Part shown: positions 26,781 through 32,000 of the stretch, one piece after another | How positions within the stretch are numbered: position 1 is the first letter of the stretch | Layout: each line of letters starts with the position of its first letter | Source: Methylorubrum extorquens | GTDB taxonomy: Bacteria; Pseudomonadota; Alphaproteobacteria; Rhizobiales; Beijerinckiaceae | DNA length: 32,000 bases | Direction: 5' to 3' | Assembly: GCA_900234795.1 (NCBI GenBank) | Contig: LT962688.1 | Span: 1,650,001 to 1,682,000 of the forward strand | The notes under the pieces: generated by a model | Told to the model about the DNA's origin: nothing | Database searches by the model: none | The model's input: only the letters and a program-made list of their open reading frames with translations | Program-made: the position numbers and the translations under genes

Positions 26781-27571
26781 GAATCGCGGTGCTTCTCTCC
26801 GCCGGGCTCCATCCGGTCTCCGGGGCATCCGTGCTGCCGCGGCTCGAGGCGCAGGCGATCCGCATGGCCGCCGGGCTCGGCTCGGGGTCCGAGACCCTGG
26901 GCCTGCATGCCGGGCCGGATGCCGCCGCCATCGCCGAGGCGCTGGGCCAGGGCTTGCCCCGGATCGAGCACATCAGGATCGCGGCCGGCGACGACCCGGT
27001 GCCCGCGCTCGCCGCGCGGCTCGCCGAACTTGCCCCCGACTTGATCCTGGCCGGACGGCGCAGCCAGGGCGGCGAGGAGAGCGGCCTCGTGCCCTACGCG
27101 CTGGCTCGCGCCCTCTCGCGACCCCTCGTATCCGACGTGGTCGCGGCGGCGCTCGACGTGGAGGGCGCCCTGCGCCTCGATCAGAGCCTCGGGCGGGGCG
27201 CCCTGCGCCGGGTGGTAGTGCGGGGACCGGTCGTCGTCACCTGCCATCCGGACGCCCCCGCCCCCCTCGCCTACGCCTATGGCCGGGCCCGCCGCGGGCG
27301 CGTCGAGGCGCTGGCCGTCGCGCCGGCATCACTTCCGGCTCTCGCCTTGGCGGTAGAGGAGCGGCCCTATCGCCGCCGGCCCAAGATCGTGAAGGGCGCG
27401 CCCGCGGGCGGCTCGGCGGCGGAGCGGCTGAAGACGGCCACCGGCGAGGGTGGCTCGGCCGCGAGCGGCCGGCTCCTGGTCGAGCCCGATCCCGAGGACG
27501 CCGCCCGCGAGATCCTGGCCTATCTCCGGCAGATCGGCGTGCTCGCCCCGCCGGCGGAACCGAAGACCTGA
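26777..27571 (+). CDS. etfB: Electron-transfer flavoprotein beta-subunit-like
   Basis: ATGA overlap with etfA. MRIAVLLSAGLHPVSG...DLILAGRRSQGGEESGLVPYALARAL. The position after the etfA-like gene matches dgc clusters. Confidence 0.65.
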   Translation: MRIAVLLSAGLHPVSGASVLPRLEAQAIRMAAGLGSGSETLGLHAGPDAAAIAEALGQGLPRIEHIRIAAGDDPVPALAARLAELAPDLILAGRRSQGGEESGLVPYALARALSRPLVSDVVAAALDVEGALRLDQSLGRGALRRVVVRGPVVVTCHPDAPAPLAYAYGRARRGRVEALAVAPASLPALALAVEERPYRRRPKIVKGAPAGGSAAERLKTATGEGGSAASGRLLVEPDPEDAAREILAYLRQIGVLAPPAEPKT

Positions 27572-27584
27572 GGAAAGCGAAACG

Positions 27585-28094
27585 ATGCCCCTGAGCCCGG
27601 ACGACCTGCTGACGCGGCTGCGCGAGCGCGGAATCGCGTACAAGCTCTACGAGCACGAATCCGTGCTCACCGTCGAGGCGATGATGGCGATCTGCGGCGA
27701 CATCGCCGGCGCCCACACCAAGAACCTGTTCCTGCGCGACGGAAAGAAGACCTACTTCCTCGTCACGCTCCAGCATGACGCGCAGGTCGATCTGAAGGCG
27801 TTCCGCGCCGTGCTCGGCGCCCGCGGCGGCCTGTCCTTCGCGAGCCCCGATGCCTTGCGCGAACAACTCGGGGTCGAGAGCGGGGCCGTGTCGCCGCTGG
27901 CAGCGCTCAACGCTGCGCCGGGCAGCGTGCGGGTCTTCCTTCAGGACAGCCTGCTGGCGGAGACGCGGATCAACATCCACCCGCTCGTCAGCACGCGCAC
28001 CCTCTCGCTCGTTCCGGCCGATCTCGTGGAGGTTCTGCGGGCCGAGGGGCACGAGCCCACGGCGGTCGCCCTGCCGGAGAGCGCGGCGGCCTGA
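27585..28094 (+). CDS. YbaK/ProX-type aminoacyl-tRNA trans-editing (deacylase) domain protein
   Basis: GAGGAAAG lies upstream of the ATG. YEHESVLTVEAM...AHTKNLFLRDGKKTYFLV...VDLKAF...LSFASPDALREQLGVESGAVSPLA...IHPL matches the family layout. Confidence 0.7.
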   Translation: MPLSPDDLLTRLRERGIAYKLYEHESVLTVEAMMAICGDIAGAHTKNLFLRDGKKTYFLVTLQHDAQVDLKAFRAVLGARGGLSFASPDALREQLGVESGAVSPLAALNAAPGSVRVFLQDSLLAETRINIHPLVSTRTLSLVPADLVEVLRAEGHEPTAVALPESAAA

Positions 28095-28159
28095 AGATCC
28101 TCAGTGCCTGTTCGATGTGCGACGGCAGCACCGCAGGCCGTGTTCTCTTCCCATCCGCG

Positions 28160-28275
28160 CCCTCATCCTGAGGTGCCGGAGCAAAGCGGAGGCCTCGAAG
28201 GAGGGCTCCAGAGAGCACCGCGATCCCTGGAGCCCTCCTTCGAGGCTCGCTGACGCGAGCACCTCAGGATGAGGG
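28160..28275. repeat. Nested-palindrome intergenic element (REP-like), family 1, copy 2
   Basis: The outer inverted repeat is a perfect 15 nt: ccctcatcctgaggt (28160-74) and acctcaggatgaggg (28261-75). The inner one is a perfect 17 nt: cctcgaaggagggctcc (28192-208) and ggagccctccttcgagg (28229-45). Confidence 0.85.
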
Positions 28276-28393
28276 CGCGGGTTGGATCGCGTAAAAGTGC
28301 CTCACACAATGCCCGGCGGATTGTCCCCGCTCCCGCGCTGACGGCGCGGCGGGCGTCGTGAGAGACATTCGATCGGTCACGTCAAACCGGCCC

Positions 28394-28615
28394 TCAGGCG
28401 CGCTGGATGGCCATCGGGAAGGCGAAGGACAGGAACAGCGTCTCGCCGGCCTTCGCCTCGACCTGGGCCGGCTCGATGCGGGAGCGCAGACCCGGCAGTG
28501 CGGCCCGGTTCAGGCCGATATCGGCCAGAGCCGCATCGCTGAGGTCCATCAGAGCCTCTTCATCCGCCCGAGCGCGGAGCCGGGCGCGAACACTTTCGAA
28601 AACCTTGCCGAACAT
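28394..28615 (-). CDS. Small DUF1127-like protein
   Basis: Track ORF 28394..28648 begins at TTG; ATG 28615 is the likelier start. MFGKVFESVRARLRARADEEALMDLSDAALADIGLNRAAL fits the DUF1127 pattern (R-rich helix, then L.DLSD..L.DIGL.R). The C-terminal 30 aa are uncharacteristic of the family. Confidence 0.5.
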   Translation of the reverse strand: MFGKVFESVRARLRARADEEALMDLSDAALADIGLNRAALPGLRSRIEPAQVEAKAGETLFLSFAFPMAIQRA

Positions 28616-28854
28616 GAGATGAGCCTCGATCGCGCCGTCGTTGATCAAGACGAGGACGGCCCGCGTCGGAACTCATATGATCCTTCCTCTGTCCTCGGAG
28701 GAGCGCGGAAGCTTGGGAGCAGACTTGCTCCGTGCGCATGCATTGAGCAGGAAGGCCCGAAATTTAGCGAATTGCTCACCTGTTTTGCATGAAGCCGCCG
28801 GTCCGCCCGAGCGTTGCCGGCGGCGAGCCGCCCTGCAGGAGAGCGGAATCGACC

Positions 28855-28887
28855 AAAAAACCCCTCTTCCGGAGCCGGAAGAGGGGT
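28855..28887 (-). terminator. Rho-independent terminator for the sdaA transcript
   Basis: The minus strand reads CCCCTCTTCCGG-ctc-CCGGAAGAGGGG followed by TTTTTT. That is a 12-bp perfect stem, a 3-nt loop and U6. Confidence 0.75.
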
Positions 28888-28950
28888 TGCGGGATCGGTC
28901 GGTGCCGGTGTGATCGGAAAAGGGCCGACACGGGTCCGATCGGCGCTTCG

Positions 28951-28982
28951 TGCAGCGGAGGGGCGCCGCGCGCCCCGCTGCA
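28951..28982 (-). other. GC-rich imperfect hairpin downstream of sdaA
   Basis: tgcagcgg ... ccgctgca forms an 8-bp perfect stem with partly pairing GC-rich interior. No U-tract follows. Confidence 0.25.
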
Positions 28983-29043
28983 GCGTGCTGTACGGCACGC
29001 CCCAACGCTGGTCGTTCTCACCCGCGCCGGCGGGCGCGCTGCC

Positions 29044-30405
29044 TCAGCAGGCGGCGACGTTGACGGCCAGCCCCCCGAGCGAGGTTTCCTTGTACTTGGC
29101 CTGCATGTCGTGGCCGGTCTGGCGCATGGTCTCGATCACCTCGTCGAGGCTCACCCGGTGCTGGCCGTCGCCGCGGAGCGACAGCGAGGCCGCCACCACC
29201 GCCTTGTTGGCGCCGAAGGCGTTGCGCTCGATGCAGGGCACTTGGACGAGGCCGGCGATCGGATCGCAGGTCATGCCGAGATGGTGCTCCATGGCGATCT
29301 CTGCGGCGTTCTCGATCTGGAAGGCCGAGCCGCCGAGCGCGGCGGTGAGCCCCGCCGCCGCCATCGCCGCGGCCGAGCCGACCTCGCCCTGGCAGCCGAC
29401 CTCCGCCCCCGAGATCGAGGCGCGGGCCTTGATCAGCCCGCCGATGGCGGCGGCGGTGAGCAGGAACTCGCGCCCGCGCTCGTCGCTCCAATCGGGGCAG
29501 AAATCGCGGGTGTAGCGCAGCACCGCCGGCACGATGCCGGCCGCGCCGTTGGTCGGCGCCGTCACCACCCGGCCGCCCGAGGCGTTCTCCTCGTTGACGG
29601 CCAGCGCGTAGAGGCTGATCCAGTCCATGATCTCGTGGGCCGGGCGGCTGTTGGCGAGCTTCGTCGCCTCCAGCGACTCGTAGAGCCGCTTGGCGCGCCG
29701 CCGTACCCGCAGGCCGCCGGGCAATTCGCCGTCCATGCGCAGGCCGCGCTCGATGCAGGCGAACATCGCATCGCGGATCGCGTCGAGGCCGGCATCGATC
29801 TCGTCGCGCGGGCGCAGGGTCAGCTCGTTGGCGAGCTGGATCTGCGGGATCGTCAGCCCGGTGCGCAGGGTCAGGTCGAGGAGTTCGCGCCCGCTGCCGA
29901 AGGCGAGCGGGGGTGGCACGCACTCCGCATGACCCGCCGCGGCGGCTTCCGCCTCGGCGGCGGTGACGACGAAGCCGCCGCCGACCGAATAGAAGATCTG
30001 GTCCTCGATCAGCGCATCCCCGGCATCGTAGGCGCGAAAGCGCATGCCGTTGGTGTGCAGCGGCAGGATGTCCTTGAAGTTGAAGACGAGGTCGCGCTCG
30101 GGCTCGAAATGGACGCCCGGAATGCCGAGATCGCCGGTGCGGCGCAGTTCGTCGGCGAGCGGCGCCGTCCGATCCGGGTCGATGGTGGAGGGCGCGTGGC
30201 CCATGAGCCCGAGCAGGATCGCCACGTCGGTGCCGTGGCCGCGCCCGGTCCAGGCGAGCGAGCCGTAGATCTCGGCGCTGACGCGGGCGACGCCAGCGCG
30301 GGTGAGCACGGTCTCGCGGAACCGGCGCCCGGCGATCATCGGCCCGACGGTGTGGGAGCTCGACGGACCGATCCCGATCTTGAACAGATCGAAGGTGCTG
30401 ATCAT
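29044..30405 (-). CDS. sdaA: L-serine ammonia-lyase (iron-sulfur-dependent L-serine dehydratase, single chain)
   Basis: Track ORF 29044..30453. The likely start is ATG 30405, giving the canonical N-terminus [48 protein letters not shown] and a C-terminal SLGGLAVNV are also present. Confidence 0.9.
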   Translation of the reverse strand: MISTFDLFKIGIGPSSSHTVGPMIAGRRFRETVLTRAGVARVSAEIYGSLAWTGRGHGTDVAILLGLMGHAPSTIDPDRTAPLADELRRTGDLGIPGVHFEPERDLVFNFKDILPLHTNGMRFRAYDAGDALIEDQIFYSVGGGFVVTAAEAEAAAAGHAECVPPPLAFGSGRELLDLTLRTGLTIPQIQLANELTLRPRDEIDAGLDAIRDAMFACIERGLRMDGELPGGLRVRRRAKRLYESLEATKLANSRPAHEIMDWISLYALAVNEENASGGRVVTAPTNGAAGIVPAVLRYTRDFCPDWSDERGREFLLTAAAIGGLIKARASISGAEVGCQGEVGSAAAMAAAGLTAALGGSAFQIENAAEIAMEHHLGMTCDPIAGLVQVPCIERNAFGANKAVVAASLSLRGDGQHRVSLDEVIETMRQTGHDMQAKYKETSLGGLAVNVAAC

Positions 30406-30547
30406 CGGGTCCGTTGCTCTCTCAAAAGGCGGCTCTCCCCGACATGGATGCAAGTTCGGGGGAGATGCGCGTCATGGCAGGGTGCCGGGGCCGCGCGGGA
30501 GCCATAGGGACGAGATGGGCTCGCCGCCGGCGTGTATCAATCCTGCA

Positions 30548-31138
30548 TCAATGCGCGGCGGACCCTTCGACCCCGAAGACGGCCTCATTGAGGAAGCCGT
30601 GGACGTAGGTCGAGAACGAGCGCCAGCACTCGACGCGGTAGAGCGGTGCGGCGGTGGCGCGGATCAGCACGATCTCGGCCTTGCCGAGCAGGGTGCGGGT
30701 GGCGCTGCCCGGCGGGAAGGCGGCCTCGGACAGGTCGAGCGGGCAGCCGGCATTGAGCACCGCCGCGGCCTGCCGGCCCGACACGTCGATGCCGACATTG
30801 CGGTGCGAGACGTCGACCAGCGAGTGGGGCAGCCCGGCGAGCGCCTCGTGGATGCGGCCCTGGAGCAGGTCGGCATCGGCCTCTGGGCCGCCGACGAGCC
30901 ACTCGTCGGGCCCGAGGCGGGCGATCCAGACCTCACCGTCGGTGCCGACCGTGTTGATCGGCGCATCGAGCGCGAGCCCGGCGAGTTTCGGCGCGGTGCC
31001 GGCGGCGAGCCGCGCCCGCAGGGAGAAGCGCGCCTCGGCGCCCGCGGGCCGGACCGACACGCCCGAACCGGCGGGGGCCGAGCGGGAGAGAGCGCCGAGC
31101 GGCAGGGCGCGGGCGGCACGGTAGCGGGTCTCAAGCAT
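30548..31138 (-). CDS. soxG: Sarcosine oxidase gamma subunit
   Basis: 196 aa. It overlaps the soxA stop by 8 nt. LGPDEWLV...LVDVSHRNVGIDVSG is typical of SoxG. It sits immediately 3' of soxA. Confidence 0.75.
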   Translation of the reverse strand: MLETRYRAARALPLGALSRSAPAGSGVSVRPAGAEARFSLRARLAAGTAPKLAGLALDAPINTVGTDGEVWIARLGPDEWLVGGPEADADLLQGRIHEALAGLPHSLVDVSHRNVGIDVSGRQAAAVLNAGCPLDLSEAAFPPGSATRTLLGKAEIVLIRATAAPLYRVECWRSFSTYVHGFLNEAVFGVEGSAAH

Positions 31139-32000
31139 TGATGCGCTCCCCCTGGACGTCGAAGAAGACCGGTTCGCAGACGGTGACGCGGGTGAACCCG
31201 TCCGGCGTGGTGACGAAGAGATGGCCGTTCATCCGCTCGCGTCCGCCCTCGACCAGGGCCAGCGCGATGGAGCGGCCGCAATTGGCGCTCCAGTAGCTCG
31301 ACGTGACATGGCCGAGCATGCGCATCGGGATCGGCTGATGGGTATCGGTGACGATCTGCGCGCCCTCGTCGAGGACGAGCTTGGGATCGTCGGTCATGAG
31401 GCCGACGAGCTGCTTGCGGCCGGTGGCGACCACGTCGGGGCGCGCCAGCGAGCGCTTGCCGACGAAGTCTCCCTTGGCCTTCGGGATCATGCCGGCCATG
31501 CCGACATCGCCCGGCGTCACCGTGCCGTCGGTCTCCTGGCCGACGATGATGTAGCCCTTCTCGGCGCGCAGCACGTGCATCGTCTCGGTGCCGTAGGGCG
31601 TGATGCCGTGGGCCCGGCCCGCCTCGAACACCGCCTCCCAGACCGCGCGGGCGTGGTCGGCGGGCACGTTGATCTCGAAGCCGAGTTCACCGGTGAACGA
31701 CACCCGGAACAGCCGGGTCGGCACGCCGCAGATCGTCCCTGAGCGCATCGCCATATGCGGAAAAGCGTCCGGCGACAGATCGATGCCGTCGACCAGCGGC
31801 GCGATCACGGCGCGGGCCTTCGGGCCCTGGAGCGCGATCACCGCCCATTGCTCGGTGGTCGAGGTCAGGAACACTTCAAGCTCCGGCCACTCGGTTTGGA
31901 GGTAGTCCTCCATATGGCCGAGCACCCGCGCCGCGCCGCCGGTCGTGGTGGTGACGTGGAAGCAGGTATCCGAGACGCGGGCGACGACGCCGTCGTCAAG
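31131..32000 (-). CDS. soxA: Sarcosine oxidase alpha subunit, C-terminal (aminomethyltransferase-like folate-binding) part; 5' end outside the window
   Basis: The frame is open to 32000 (LDDGVVARVSDTCFHVTTTTGGAARVLGHMEDYLQTEWPELEVFLTSTTEQWAVIALQGPKAR...). A GcvT-like fold follows (FRVSFTGELGFEINVPA). Confidence 0.85.
   Translation of the reverse strand, partial: LDDGVVARVSDTCFHVTTTTGGAARVLGHMEDYLQTEWPELEVFLTSTTEQWAVIALQGPKARAVIAPLVDGIDLSPDAFPHMAMRSGTICGVPTRLFRVSFTGELGFEINVPADHARAVWEAVFEAGRAHGITPYGTETMHVLRAEKGYIIVGQETDGTVTPGDVGMAGMIPKAKGDFVGKRSLARPDVVATGRKQLVGLMTDDPKLVLDEGAQIVTDTHQPIPMRMLGHVTSSYWSANCGRSIALALVEGGRERMNGHLFVTTPDGFTRVTVCEPVFFDVQGERINA

Noticed and set aside
16851-28275. CRISPR array or other spaced direct-repeat array
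   Set aside because: The repeated sequences are isolated palindromic elements kilobases apart, not regularly spaced direct repeats. No cas-like ORFs are present.
47-30507. Very long ORFs antisense to the genes called above: 47..1522 +, 1212..3809 +, 8973..10961 -, 12294..13877 -, 14306..15718 -, 15745..16674 -, 17755..18909 -, 18701..21208 -, 21223..23361 -, 23243..24697 -, 28789..30507 +
   Set aside because: Their translations are low-complexity Arg/Ala/Gly/Pro-rich strings with no family motifs. Each lies opposite an ORF with clear family signatures. Open antisense frames are expected at this GC content because stop codons are AT-rich.
30406-30547. Imperfect hairpin tctccccga...tcgggggaga in the soxG-sdaA spacer, as a terminator or attenuator
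   Set aside because: The stem is short with a bulge and no U-tract follows. The evidence is insufficient to call a feature.

Overview
High-GC (roughly 70 % by eye) alphaproteobacterial chromosomal DNA. The repeat families and gene content look Rhizobiales/Methylobacterium-like, which is an inference. All calls come from reading the ORF track, hand translation and motif recognition; no searches were run. There are three blocks. (1) 1-8900: NIS (NRPS-independent) siderophore biosynthesis on the minus strand (two tandem IucA/IucC synthetases plus the start of an adenylating enzyme). It is divergent from a FecI-type ECF sigma, a FecR-type anti-sigma and an STN-domain TonB-dependent receptor (cell-surface signalling trio). 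(2) 9105-28094: a 19-kb, 15-gene co-directional array. It starts with a DppA/opine-type ABC importer behind a candidate sigma-54 promoter. Next comes an unassigned enzyme set: a carbamoylase-family amidase, two APH/choline-kinase-fold kinases and a HisN-like phosphatase. It ends with the glycine-betaine/dimethylglycine demethylation genes gbcA-gbcB-dgcA-dgcB-etfA-etfB and a ProX/YbaK-type deacylase. (3) 28394-32000, minus strand: a DUF1127 small protein, L-serine dehydratase, and sarcosine oxidase gamma and alpha (partial). I see no CRISPR array, tRNA/rRNA, integrase/transposase or recognisable defence or toxin-antitoxin system. The most notable points are: (a) the unassigned importer-amidase-kinase-kinase-phosphatase module, translationally coupled and fused to the betaine pathway; (b) six frame breaks in four genes, each at a G/C homopolymer, including a compensating pair inside an IucC-like gene; (c) three nested-palindrome intergenic elements, one of which supplies the last ~26 codons of dgcA; (d) a 28-nt motif duplicated upstream of fecR and of the receptor gene; (e) a near-consensus sigma-54 promoter. 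Many long antisense ORFs in the track are high-GC artefacts.
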